This document shows positions 12,554 to 25,706 of a DNA stretch of 64,000 bases, in pieces. Below the pieces are notes generated by a model. The model ran no database searches, was not told the origin of the DNA, and saw only the letters and a list, made by a program, of their open reading frames with translations. The number at the start of each line of letters is the position of its first letter. Positions within the stretch are counted from its first letter, which is position 1. This DNA comes from Podarcis vaucheri. Taxonomy: Eukaryota. A program made the position numbers and the translations under genes. The stretch lies in assembly GCA_965113315.1 (NCBI GenBank), contig OZ220371.1. The stretch is one strand, 5' to 3'.

Positions 12554-12734
12554 GGTTCAATTTGGTTGTGTATTTTTTGAGGTTTTATTTATTTTATTTT
12601 TATTTTATTTTATTTATTTATTGTTTATGACTACTTTTGTTATGTTGTAAGTCTTTTCATGATGTAAGCTGCCTTGATCATGGTTTGAACTATGGAAAGG
12701 CAACATACAAATATTAATTTCATTTTATTTATTA

Positions 12735-13335
12735 AATTTCTAGACGGTACAGTAATCTAACCTAGATGTTGCCGGAGCATAGACAACAGAGGTTAGGCTA
12801 TCCCTGTCCAAATAGGGGCATAGGTGGGCCACCAGCCAAAGCTGATGGAAGGCAGTCTGTGCCACTGAGCCAACCTGAGCCTCAAGTGACAGCAAAGGAT
12901 CGAGGAGTACCCTCAAGCTATGCACCCACTCTTTCAAGAGCAGGCAGTCTCCCATCCATCTGGTCTAGGGAACCACTAACAGTGCTTTAGTCTTATCTGT
13001 AATTAGTTTCAGTTTGTTGGCTCCCATCCAGTCCACCACCAAAGCAAGACACTGGTCCACCACTTCCACTGCCATTCCTGCATATGTAAAGGAGAAATAG
13101 AGCTGTGTTTCGTCAGCATATTGCTGACAATGCACTTCAAAACTCCGGATAAACCTACTCAGCAATTTCATGTAGATATTAAATAGCATAGGAGACTAAA
13201 TTGAACCCTGAGATACCCTACACTAAAGGCTCCATGGGACCGAAGAATACTCCCTAAGCATCACTCTTTGGAAACAACTAAATAGGACCAGAACCACTGC
13301 AATCAGTGCCACCTACCCCTAACTTGGACAGCTTG
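12735..13335 (-). mobile_element. L2 LINE RT fragment
   Basis: G..QGS.L.PMLFNIYMK, QYADETQLY and SRLDYC motifs on the minus strand. Confidence 0.85.
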
Positions 13336-14109
13336 TTATTCTGCCCTTTGACCTGAAGACACTAAATAAATCAGAAATTCCGAGAAACCTGCAGCAACCA
13401 GGCTTTCACATTGGCCTAATCTATTAGCATGCCTCTGCTGCTCATTTAAGGCACAAAATGGCAGGTAACAAGGCAGACAGTCCTTCAGATACTTGGGCCC
13501 TAGGATTTCTAGTGCCTTCTAGTGTTTTATATAAGGCAGTGTCTTAAATTTGGCTGTGTAGATCCTTAAAAACAAATCTCATTTTTCAGCACAGATCCAT
13601 GACCTGGCTGCCACATTCTGCACCACAGTGTGAAAATATATTTTTATAAAAGCACAAATCACACTCTCCTTGCGCATAAATGAAAGCAAAATTCCCCAGT
13701 GAATCATCACTTCCTCCACTATTAGATATTCATATGGTGTTTATATGCCAGTTTGAGTTGAAAGTGGCTAAACCCCATTAAAAAGGCTGTACCTGGATGT
13801 ACTTTGTGACTTCTCAATTACATCTTCTACTATTATGCTTGCATTTTCACAAATGGCTTAATTCCAGGTTACCTAAATAATGTAGGTTACCAGCCAATAA
13901 GTTAGAAAATCTGATCTAATGCCATTTGTTTTCCTTAACACATTTTCCAGTTCTTCCCATGTCTCCCTCTTCCTACTATTATTATTTCAATTACGGTATA
14001 TCCCATCCTTTGGCTCAAATGAACCCAGGGCAGGAAACACATGAATAGCAATATCATTAAAAATATACTGAAACCAAAAACATTATAAAAACAGTTAAGA
14101 AACACATTC

Positions 14110-14900
14110 TTTCGGCAAATGATTTCAGGATTGCCAGGAACAGCCATCAAATGTAGTAGATGGTCTCTCCAATATATCCACCTTTCTCTATCCAAAACCT
14201 TGAGATTTTCTGCTTGATAGATAGATACTGCAATTGAGTAGACGAGGCCATGGATCGGGCACAGTCCACCACAGGCCGCCTCTCCATGTGGCTCCCTAAA
14301 GTGAAAGTGGTAAGATCACTTGCCAACTACTTGATAGAACTGACGGAGCCCAATCTGAGAAGAGCGTTTACTATGGCCCGTTTCCATTCTATACCCACGG
14401 CCTTCCTCCAGGGGATTTACTCTAAGACCCCTATTACTCAGCGTCTATGTCCATGCACAATGAATGAAGTAGAGGACTTCATACATTTCTTTTTCTACTG
14501 CCCTATTTACAAGCCAATAAGATCTAAGCTCCTCCTCTTGATCCCGTCCACCATTACGTCTAAGGAAGACTGTTTGAAATCGCTTCTCGTGGACGCAAAT
14601 CCCCAAATCTCACGTGGGGTGGCAATCTTCATAGTGCAGGCTCTGAAACTCAGGGCTACTCTGACAGGGTAGTGTGTCCTAGGCCGGACCTGTTTTAATT
14701 CTTTTTTTTATTACTTTTTATATATATCCGCATATTAGATTGTTGGCGCTGGCAACTAAATCTTTGCATTATTGTCTTAGGGTAATTTAAATGTCATTAC
14801 GCCAGCAACATCGCCTTGTATTTTGCTTGGTTTTTGTCTCTAGCATTTTTGTATTGTCTTATTTTGCTATGGCTGTATGCTAATGCAATAAAGGTTTTGA
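14110..14900 (+). mobile_element. RTE-X-like LINE 3' end with C-terminal zinc-finger remnant
   Basis: ORF 14250-14672 contains RAFTMARF...RLCPC...EDFIHFFFYCPIY..IR; T-rich UTR and aataaagg. Confidence 0.7.
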
Positions 14901-15359
14901 CCTTGAGTAGACTCATGGAATCATAGAATTGTAGAATTGGAAACAAGCAAAATATGGCTAAGGACTGATAGGAATTGGTTGGTTTTCCCCAATCCTCTAA
15001 CCATTGTGCTTTTTGAAAACTCTTGGAAGAAAGGTTTAAGCACCACAGGTCATATTCCAATATTCTTTTCTCCTGATGCTGCTTTTGTATGGCAGAGTAT
15101 ATTTTCTAAATCCCATCTCACCATTCTAGCTATTCAGGGGGTAATATTAACTTAACATAAATGATATTTTACAGAGGGAATTGAAAATTATTATCTTGAC
15201 CTTATTTGCATGTATATGTGTTCATGCTGTTACATGCCACTGTTTAGGCGTATAACCTCCCAAAGCAGTTTTCTAATTGTTTTAAACAATGAAGCATTAA
15301 TAAAAGTCATTGCAATGCAACAGAAGAAGACAGGGGCAGAAAAACCTTTAAAAAGCCAG

Positions 15360-15410
<51 letters not shown>

Positions 15411-16674
15411 CCATTCTGAAAAGTCAGGGCAAGAAATAAAAATAAATAAACTTCGGCTGGCACAAAAAAGATATCAAATGAGACTTCCTGGGGAGTGAAT
15501 TTCAAAGGCAGGGTATTCACATTCAGGGATCTCACTTTTGTTACTCATATCCCAAAGATGACATGCTTGGTGTGCTCTTCCCTTTTTACCAATGGTACTT
15601 TAGTCTGTGTATGGAACCTCAGACCAGTAATGCTATTTTACAACCATTTTGTATCCATACATATGGTCCAAATAGGCACTTTGACCCTAGAATGGATATA
15701 TATGGTGTTTTTCAGCTCTTAAAGGTGAAACATTCACCTTTTTATTTGACCAAATGATCATTTGTAATCACTCTGTAGTCATCCATGGGCAGAGCCATTT
15801 TTTCAAGCAGACTGAATACATATTTTGAAATGCTTTTTCATAATCACCAGAATGACTAACTTTTACATGAACCATCCTGAAGTAGTAATTTAGTATGGCA
15901 ATTTAGGGTTCTTTTTGAGGGGTTGGGGATTGGGGATTGGCAATGTGATGAAAACTTCAGAGTTGCTCTTTTCGTATAGCAATGAAGAACAACTATGGGT
16001 GTATGTTCTTTTCTGCCAATAGTTTTGCAACAGATTGAGTGGAAGCACACATGTTAAAAATGGAAGGTTCAAAATCATCCTGATTGCACTGCTGCCATTC
16101 TTTATTTTCAGCTGTTCTTTTGTTACTGCAAATGGGTGGATTAGACAGCATATGGCATATCATAAATAGTTTCAGCACTGCATGTTTCCCCGTAGTCTGC
16201 TTTCCCAACTGTTTGAAGTGTACATGCGAAACACACAGAGATATCTGCTTCATACATTATGACAGACACCTGCAACCTGGTCCCTGGCTGTTGATTTGAA
16301 GTCCCACTCCCATAAGCCAGTGGGCATCAGGTAGCATGGCCAATAGCCCGGGATGAGAGGAGTTGTATTCCCAAAAGCCTAAAGGTCACCTGGTTGTGGA
16401 TGTCTGTGTTATGGGTTACAAGCAGGTGCATGCTAATGCATAAATCCAAAGAACCATGCAAAATTTTTCACATGAAATCCACACTGTATCTATGTTTGCA
16501 GGTATTTAACCTTTAATCAAATTTTACGTGAAAATCTATTTGCTTCTTGTGATACAGGATATAGGCAGATACGTGCCAAATCTGTAATGTGTGAAACAGC
16601 TATTAGGCTATAAATAATATCTGAAAATCAGCTGGCAGGAATTTAACCCTCTCTCGTATTTTTCTCCCTTATAG

Positions 16675-16794
16675 GTAGAAGAAGCATTAGAAGCTGTGAA
16701 GAATGCCACAAATGAGCAAGACCTTGCAAACCGCTTCAAAGAATTTGGGAAAGAGATGGTGAAGCTTAACTATGTAGCTGCTAGAAGACAACAG
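16675..16794 (+). CDS. CTNNA2: Catenin alpha-2 coding exon (probably exon 5), 120 bp, phase 0-0; not in the ORF track
   Basis: Encodes VEEALEAVKNATNEQDLANRFKEFGKEMVKLNYVAARRQQ; pyrimidine tract tttttctcccttatag acceptor, donor CAG|gtggat; continues the frame of the previous exon. Confidence 0.96.
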
Positions 16795-17213
16795 GTGGAT
16801 ATAATTAAAAACAGTACATGAAGAAATTAAAAAAGGACTATTTCAACATAGTATTCAAAGATTCTAGATCTTTTATCAGTTTCAGAGACTGGGAAAGGGG
16901 ATGAGGCTCCAAAGATCCCCTGCATTCTGGGGTTCCTGATGTTATCCTTTCCCATTGCAGCCTCTTCAGCCCCCTGAAAAGCAACTCCAAAAATAACCAT
17001 ATATGCCACCTTGAGCTCCTGGGAGGAAAAGTGGGATATAAATGCAACAGTAAATCTTGTAGACAGCACAGCATGGGGAGCTGTACTCATGGGAAACTAC
17101 CTTGTATCATTTGATGGGTCTACCTTGAGCCAAATTCTAGATTCAGAAATCCCATTGCATTTCCAGTTAGGTCACTGGAGGGATAGTGGGATCACCAATC
17201 CTAAGGCACCTTT

Positions 17214-17404
17214 GGGGAAGTGCTATAGCTCAGTGGTAGAGAAGCTGTGGTGCATGCAAGAACTCCTCTGTTCAATCCTCAACATCTGCAGATAGGACTA
17301 AGGAGAGGCCCTTGCCTGAAACCCTGGAGTTCTACTGCCATTGTAGACAGTACTGAGCTAAATGGGCCACAGGTCTGATTCAGTAGAAGGCAGCATCCTT
17401 ATAT
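17214..17404 (+). mobile_element. tRNA-derived squamate SINE with CR1-like tail
   Basis: Box A tagctcagtggtagag, degenerate box B gttcaatcc, tail ...ggtctgattcagtagaaggcagc. Confidence 0.7.
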
Positions 17405-19121
17405 GCCGTCACACACAAATCAAACACCCGTAAGTGGGGAGATGCCTGTACTACTTCTGAGCCTGGGAATTATGAACTTCAGTCGCAACTTTAGTTAAAA
17501 ATCCTGCTGTGACTGTGGATATGCTTCTGTGCCTTCTCTCCACCTTCTATTTGGAATAATCTTTATCCTAATTTCTGGAAGAGGTCAGGGTACCAGTGAC
17601 CCCCTATAGATAACCAAACTACCTTGAGATGAGTCATAATTTCCTGTGCAGTAGTAATGAGGATTTTATTATGCTTTACATGCAGATGTGTGATAAACCC
17701 CTAATTGGTTATCTTGTTATACCGGTTTTCAGCTGAAAATTTTCATCCGAAGCAGATTCACACCAGACTGAATGAATCAGGCTGCTACCAGGGGAGGGGG
17801 CGTGGAAATGTGTGTATTTTTTTAAATGCAATGCAGCACTTTGAATGCCCTCCTTTTAAGAACCCTAATCATGATGTGCTTCCTTCCCAAATGGGCCATG
17901 CAGTGCTTTAATGGGCACAGAGGGCTTGCACTTCTGAAAATTAGGCCAGAGGATTATATAAGTTTAACCCATATTTTCAAGGCTTGGGTACAGAAAATCT
18001 TTTTTTTTTTTTTTGTACAAAAGGCACTATGTAGGAGGCAAGACAACTAAAGATACTTCCTTTTAATGAGAACTGTAATGCCTTGTGTGAGCCAAAACAT
18101 TGTTAATCTTGGGGTGGTTTAAAAAGATGACTCTTTGGCTCATTCTTCCCATTAAAGAAGGCAAAAAAGAGAGTGGTTCAAAAGTAATAATATAATATGA
18201 TCTGCAGTTATATTCCCATTGTTCCTAAAGAGCCTCTGGGTATAAAAATAAGTAGCCTATCTAGTCAATTTTGCTTGTCATGTAGCCCAAGATTTTAGAT
18301 GTGCACACAATTAATTCTGAAGCCTTGCTTCAACCTCCACATCACTCGCCTTTTCGATTCCACCGAAAGTTTATTATATCTTTCATAGAGCACACACTTG
18401 GGACATATTTATCCAAATCATAGCCCTCATTCATATGTTCAAAAGTCCCTAATGATGACCTGTTGGAGCTTGCAGGATAGGAATTTTGTGGAGACCTGGT
18501 ATCTACCCCGCCCCCCTGCTCTTTTGCTGCTGCCATCTGCATGATCAAGACTGTCCTTTTTTGAGTAGCTGCAATTGCATGGACCTTGTCAGCAGTCCTG
18601 TTATGGAGGTGTTGTCTCATACAGTTGATGCAGCTACAGTTCCTGTTAGGATGTAAGACTGCCAGGAGCCCCTCATATGTCCATAGAAGATGGTTTTAGG
18701 GCTCTTGAAGAAAAGAAACGAGGTGTTATATTTTGGGTTCTGAATTAATTTGGTTTCTCCCTTGAAGATCCATAGATGTATTTTTTTCCCTATGAAGGTG
18801 CCATTCCCCTTATCCATATCTCTTGACTATCAAGCAGCAGAGAGCCAGTTTGGGCAAACAGTTTGACTTGGACAACTGAGGTTCATAACAGCTATTCACC
18901 CATTTTGCTGAGTGATCATGGGTAAATCACAGTCTCTCAGCCAAGCACAGCTCATGGGATAGTTGCAAAAATAAAACGAGAGCATCACCAATGTCTGCTG
19001 CCTGAGCTCCTTGGAGAAAGCAGAGGGTCCAAACCAGACTTTTAACATTTCCTCCAAGCCATTGGTTTTGGGGGGGGGGAATCCCATGCTTATATATGTA
19101 TGTTTGTATATTTTGCAACAG

Positions 19122-19388
19122 GAACTCAAGGATCCCCACTGTCGGGATGAAATGGCTGCTGCTCGTGGTGCCCTGAAAAAGAATGCCACCATGCTGTATA
19201 CTGCTTCTCAAGCTTTCCTCCGTCACCCTGACGTAGCAGCAACCAGAGCTAACCGGGATTACGTCTTTAAGCAAGTCCAAGAAGCTATTGCTGGCATCTC
19301 AAACGCTGCTCAGGCCACCTCACCAACTGATGAAAACAAGGGGCACACTGGCATTGGGGAACTCGCTGCAGCGCTGAATGAGTTTGAT
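19122..19388 (+). CDS. CTNNA2: Catenin alpha-2 coding exon (probably exon 6), 267 bp, phase 0-0
   Basis: Encodes ELKDPHCRDEMAAARGALKKNATMLYTASQAFLRHPDVAATRANRDYVFKQVQEAIAGISNAAQATSPTDENKGHTGIGELAAALNEFD; ttttgcaacag| acceptor, |gtaagt donor. Confidence 0.97.
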
Positions 19389-22368
19389 GTAAGTGTGTGT
19401 GTTCCCCCCCCCCAGCTTGCATGAAAAGAAAGAGTGGGTGCTTACTTTCACATGATCACAATGATTTCCGGGTGTCTAGGAATGAAGGTTAAAGTTGGAA
19501 TTAATACTACACAGTGAAAAACAGTATGCAGGGCTGGCCTCAAACATTCTGCATCTTATGGAGCAGAATAAGAAGATGTCTTCTCTTCTTTCCATATACC
19601 TAACCAACTAGACCAGCGGTTGAATCTTCCTTTAGTGCTGGTGATGGCACTGCATCTTCTATCACATCTAAGTGTAGCACATTAGCTGAGGAGGGGCAGA
19701 ATGGACCACTTGGTATATACATCTGTGTCCTCGAGTAACTTGCTTCCACTTCCTTCCTCCAGCATCTACCACCTGAGGCAGGTGCCTAATATTAGGTCTG
19801 ACCCTGATACAATGCACTAAACTATGGGGATCATGTTATCTGAAAGATCTCCTACAAGCCTACCTGGCACTAAGATTTTCCTTGTAGGCACACACCTTTA
19901 CAATTAATTCAGTTTCTGTGCATGAGAGATATAGTTTTTCCTTTAGTGGTTCCCAGATTGTGGAACTCCCTCCCCATGGAAGTGCAGACGGTTTTAAAAA
20001 CGTATTTAGTTTGTCCTGCTTTTTTGTTAATTTAGGCCTTACTGTATGATTTTAATTTGTAGAGGTGTTTTAGTGTGTATTACTTTTTAATCTGCCAGGA
20101 TTTATTTTCATTACAATTAAATTTGTAATTACGTAAATAAATTGTTAGGTTTTGGTTTGGTTTTGTATTGCATTGCATTGCAATGAATTGTGTCTTTTAC
20201 TTTTACTTATGTTGCCTCTTGTGGGCTGCTATTCCCCAAAAGTTAGCCTATAAATTAGTGTATAGCTAGATAAGTAGTATGAAACTCTTTCTGGCTTTTC
20301 CTGCCAGTGTATCATAAGCCTTGACCAATTGAGGGTTCCATTGAGGGTTCCTACAGCAAATGTGTGAGAAATTTACTTGGCATCAATGATGGCTTTACAT
20401 AAAATAATTAGAAACCAACACCAGAGCAGGTAGAGACTGTAACACACGATCCTATAGTCTTGTATGTTTAGGCTAGTATACACGTTATACAAAATGCCTA
20501 CAGCGATGAGAGGAATTTCCCAAATATATGCTACTTTAGTCTGATCATGTTCTGGAACTGGCAGAAAATTCCCTCCCTCCCCATTTCCCACATGGTAATA
20601 TGCACTGCACATTTTAAGCTCACTAAAATCACCTGATGCTTGGCAGCTTCAAGCTAATGCTAGTCAATGCCATCCAGAAAGGACTGCACTGAACACCAAC
20701 AGGGGACATTGTGTTGCATCATAATAAACACAATAACAAATAGGATGGAGGACACTATGCAGAGCTTCCAGCAGATACTCTACATAGCTGTGCTTTACTT
20801 GCATCCTTTTAACTACAGGTAATTTTTTCATACTTTTTGATGGGCTTTATAAATGTCATTTTATCTCTCTAGTATAATTTGTAAGTTGTTTAAAAAGGGG
20901 AAGTGATTGTGCATTATTAATATGACAGTATTCCCAATTTATGTATGAGTGACTTGCTTCCTTTGGACTTTTTTTGTTCTTCAGGTGCATGAGATATTTT
21001 GTGAGCTTACTATGTATGGCCTTCAAAAATAAGCTTTGTATTTCCCTTGAAACATAAACATCATCCTTTTATAGCTTCAGCTGCTGCCTACATTTCTAAA
21101 ATTGCTCTTGGTTCTTGCATGTATGTGTTAAAGCTATCAAACAGACCTGTATAATGTGAACTTTGCATTACAAAGATTTCACATGACGGTCAAAATAAAT
21201 CTTCTAGAATAAAGTAAGGAGAACAACTTTCTCTTTAAATAAGACAGGACTGGAACTTCTGATGACAGGGAAAATATTAGAAAGCAGCAGGCCATGCTGG
21301 AAAGTAGGCTTTTAAAGAACTGAATCGTCAATTACACTTTACAAAATGAGGTCTGGCAAGTATTTTAACTTTGGTTGTTTGCATCTCAGAAACCCCCAAA
21401 CTGCTATCTGGATATTTCTGCAGAGTAATTGTTGTTTTGTGTAGCAGCCAGAAATGTAATTTATTGGTCTGGAAGGATCATTTGTGCAGATACCAAAATT
21501 TAGAAATCCATTACGTGAAACTTTGTATTTTCAAACTTTTTAAAAAACTTATATACCTCTTTCCTTTTATCCTGCATTTAGTATTTAACATATCACTACT
21601 TAAAGTGTACCTTAAAAGTGGAGATTATATTATGGCAGTTACTGTACTTCTTCTAGAGTTACTAGACTACATCTGCTAGCTACTTTATTCTAGGACACCA
21701 AAATGTAGAAGATGCATTTAATGATTTGAGTATATAGGTAGTAGGGAACAAGTTCCATGCTACCTAAAAAAAGAAACACTTTTAATGAGATACAGTGGGT
21801 TTAGCAGCTAGCCAATTTATTTTTATTTCACATAATTTGCATACTGCTTCAGTGTAAACCTCTAAGCAGTTTACAGATAATATTAAAATATACCTTGCAA
21901 TTGTCAAAAGAAGTTTTTTAAAAAGGGCAATATAAATAAAACCAGCAGTTCTCTCAAGCCATTAGAACAATCCAACTCCCCTTCCCCTAAAATTATGACT
22001 TTGATTGCACTTGAAAACAAAGTGAGTTTTGACACATGTGTGCTGTTTTGCACCTGTGCTTTTTAGTATTCCTCAGACTAGGTGGCTGGTTTTGGCAGGA
22101 ACTCAAAAGCTGATTACTTTAAATCCCTTATTTGGTCTCAGTGGAACTGTCTTAATTACTGTAATTGATTGAGTAGTTTGTGAGTTAGACAAGAAGCAGA
22201 AAGCAAGGATCACACATCTCCACTTGCTCTCCCCAGCTGGGCCAGGGGATAGTGAAATGGATGCATCCCATCATCCATGAAACGCTTTGTCAATCACTTG
22301 AGGTCAGGTCAAGGAAATTCAGAAGCACACTCTGCATGCTCCGTTATTCTTTTCTTCCTTGAAGCACA

Positions 22369-22833
22369 GTTGTTGTTGTTGTTTAGTCATTTAGTCGTGT
22401 CCAACTCTTCATGACCCCATGGACCAGAGCACGCCAGGCACTCCTGTCTTCCACTGCCTCCCGCAGTTTGGTCAAACTCATGCTGGTAGCTTCGAGAACA
22501 CTGTCCAACCATCTCATCCTCTGTCATCCCCTTCTCCTTGTGCCCTCCATCTTTCCCAACATCAGGGTCTTTTCCAGGGAGTCTTCTCTTCTCATGAGGT
22601 GGCCAAAGTATTGGAGCCTCAGCTTCAGGATCTGTCCTTCCAGTGAGCACTCAGGGCTGATTTCCTTCCGAATGGAGAGGTTTGATCTTCTTGCAGTCCA
22701 CGGGACTCTCAAGAGTTTCCTCCAGCACCATAATTCAAAAGCATCAATTCTTCAGCGATCAGCCTTCGTTATGGTCCAGCTCTCACTTCCATACATCACT
22801 CCTGGGAAAACCATAGCTTTAACTATATGGGCC
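22369..22833 (-). mobile_element. BovB (RTE) LINE 3' end
   Basis: IVKAMVFP.VMYGSESWTI.KA and RVPWTARRSN.SI.KEISPECSLEGQILKLRLQYFGHLMRREDSLEKTLMLGK; (CAA)n tail. Confidence 0.93.
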
Positions 22834-24177
22834 TTTAAGCACAGTGCCAACTTGCAAACACTGCTTTGGGCAGATATTGGTTTCATGCAGGAGCTCTGAT
22901 CAGGAGTCCCTGAGTGGACCTGATTTGAGTGGGCCTTGCACTCAGTGCTTAACTTGAATTTAGTGTCAACCTGCAATCTGCTTTCAGCAGCGATGAGGTC
23001 CACTCAGGAGTTCCTGAGTCGAAGCAGTCCTAGCAGGGCTTGCATTTGGCACCAAATTTTAAAGGGCGCCAAATACAAGCTGTGCTTGCCAATGAATAAT
23101 TAGGAACATACTTTAAATATTCCAGTTCTCTTGCAGCTGCACCTTTATCTGCCCCATACCTGATATCATAGGTGTCTTTGGGGGGAACTGTCTCACAGGC
23201 CAAATTTTGACAGCTTGTGAACCTTATGGGCTGGAGGTACCCTGTACATGCTGTGAGGCAGGGGTGAGTTAAGCTGTGATCATCCAAAGGTTGCTGTGAC
23301 TACAAGTCCTATCATCCCTGACCATTGGCCAAGTTGTTCAGGGCTGATGGGAGATGGAGTTCAACAGCATATGAAGAAGCACAGGTTCTCCAACCCTACA
23401 GAAAGGCCAACAACTCTGACTGCCTTTTAGTCACCTCCAGGAGGGTTGGGTTATCATGTTTCCCCCCACTTCAGGGGCTACCAAGACCTGTTTGTTTTTA
23501 AATTGTGAACAGTCCATTTCCAGACAAGCTGGTCATATGTAAGAACCTCGGAAGGTTAAGAGACACATTAAGAATTTGGTGCCTGAGTTTGCTTCCCTTC
23601 TTTCCTCTACCCTCACCCCATATTTCATTTTCTGTCATGTATTTTTAGATTGCAAGCCTGAGGGTAGGAACTGACTTGGTTTTTATTGATTCATAAGCCG
23701 CTGTGGGAGTTTTCCTGCTCAAGAGTAGGGTGTAAATGCCTTTAATGACTGAGTGAATAAAGTTGCAGTGCAAATTACAGAAGATAATAGAATATCCTGA
23801 CTCTTGAAACTAGGAGAGTGAAGTATACCTAAAGGGTATGCACATTGATCATGTAAATGTGACCTTTACATAATGTAAATGTAACCTTTTTTTTTTTTTG
23901 TTCTGTGGGAGAAGGAAAAAAATCAAGTGGCATTTCAAGAATGCACATTCACAAAAACAAAAAGCATGAATGCTTGAAACAAAGCAAGCTGATCATTTTT
24001 GATCAATTGAAGGTGCCTCTCATAACAGGCACTGCAGGAAGCTTTCTGTTCACTAGTGAACCACATAAACTTCCTCTTCCTTAACCCCATAAAACTCCTC
24101 TTTTATATATATTTGTAAACTTAATCCAGAACAGGAGACCAGCCAGATGCCTGCAGGAAATCAGCCAAGCTGCCTTT

Positions 24178-24537
24178 GGTCCTGGGTGGCTCTGTGGGTT
24201 AAACCACAGAGTCTAGGACTTGCCGATCAGAAGGTCGGTGGTTCGAATCCCTGCGATACGGTGAGCTCCCGTTGCTCGATCCCTGCTCCTGCCAACCTAG
24301 CAGTTCAAAAGCATGTCAAAATGCAGGTAGATAAATAGGTACCGCTCCAGCGGGAAGGTGAATGGCATTTCCCTGAGTTGCTCTGGTTCGCCAGAAGTGG
24401 CTTAGTCATGCTGGCCACATAACCTGGAAGTTGTACGCCAGCTCCCTCGCCCAATAAAGCAAGATAAGTGCCGCAACCCCAGAATTGGCCCCGACTGGAC
24501 CTAACGGTCAGGGATACCTTTACCGTTACCTTTACCC
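24178..24537 (+). mobile_element. Sauria SINE, full length
   Basis: Head gggtggctctgtgggttaaacc, box B ggttcgaatcc, ACCTTT tail. Confidence 0.9.
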
Positions 24538-25101
24538 TAGCATTCAGAGATCAACTATCAACTACCTCTAAAGCCTATTTAGTTTGACAGGACGTAGAAA
24601 GGAGACTATTATTATATGAACTCTTAGCATCATGATTAAAATAGGTCAGCCGGATGGCAACTCTGAGCATGGAGGTGTCACATGGACGGCTGGATATCAA
24701 ATGACTTCTGGCATAACTGATAAACAGATCTATTATGTTTGCATTTTAAAATGCAAACTGAGGCATGAAAGTTAAAATAGTAAACACAGGGAAAAGTCTA
24801 GTAAAGAAGCAACAACAACGGAAAATCATGGGAACCTCTTTGCTAATGTGATTCTAGAATTACTCAGTAACAGAGGAAGCAACAGAATAAAAGCAACTGT
24901 TTTCAACAATGCTGTGTTGACAGTGCCAATGGCAAAGAAATGGATACAGGAACAAAGAGCGGGCGTAAGCCTGGAGGCAAAGCTGTGGTAATGCAGAAAA
25001 AGAACCCTTTTTGTTGCTTCCTTTTGCAAAGTACACTCGTGCCATATGCCTCCTGTGTGTAAATTGATGCACAAATGCACTATAATTGCCACTATAATTA
25101 C

Positions 25102-25162
25102 AGAAGAAGAAGAAGAAGAAGAAGAAGAAGGAGGAGGAGGAGGAGGAGGAGGAGGAGGAGGA
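25102..25162. repeat. (GAA)n(GGA)n compound polypurine microsatellite
   Basis: About 9 GAA followed by about 11 GGA. Confidence 0.95.
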
Positions 25163-25671
25163 AAACTGTCAGTCAATTGTTCTTGGAAAATACAGCTGGA
25201 AACAGGAGAGAACTCCTCAATAATTTAGGCCTCTTTGTGACCTCTGCTCACATTGACTTTCCTCCTCTTTTTTTTAACCTTTTGTATCCCCCCCACCCAA
25301 TATCAGCCTGACTGAACTGCTGTGCTTCTGTTGTTAGAGGGTAAAGGCAAAGATATTGATAAATACAGTCAATGAAGGGTCAGCAAAGTCAAAATGCTTA
25401 AGCATTTTGCTTCCAGCTCCTTTTATTGTCAAAATCCCCCCAGTCTTTTGTTAGGAGGGACTCAGTTCTCCATAGCATGTTTTTGTGTGTGTGTGTGTGC
25501 GTGTGTGCGCGCACAAGCACACACACAGGGAGGGGAGGGGAGATGCAGACAGAAATGGGGTAAATAGGCTTTTGCCCCTCTATTCCTCCAGTGAAATTCT
25601 CAACTTTCTTTAAAAACAAAACAAAACAAAAATCTGATAATAGCTACTATGTTTAATTTATAGCTTGTGTG

Positions 25672-25706
<35 letters not shown>

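Noticed and set aside
16671-16680. AG|GT at the start of two exons suggesting recursive splice sites (also 2611-2620)
   Set aside because: The GT comes from Val and Gly codons, and the regenerated donors (GTAGAA, GTGAAA) are poor matches to consensus.
17214-17290. Possible tRNA gene
   Set aside because: Box A and B are present but the cloverleaf is decayed and runs into a SINE body; the same applies to the Sauria SINE heads.
25046-25311. Poly-Arg, poly-Glu/Gly and poly-Pro ORFs
   Set aside because: Translations of the (GAA)n(GGA)n microsatellite.
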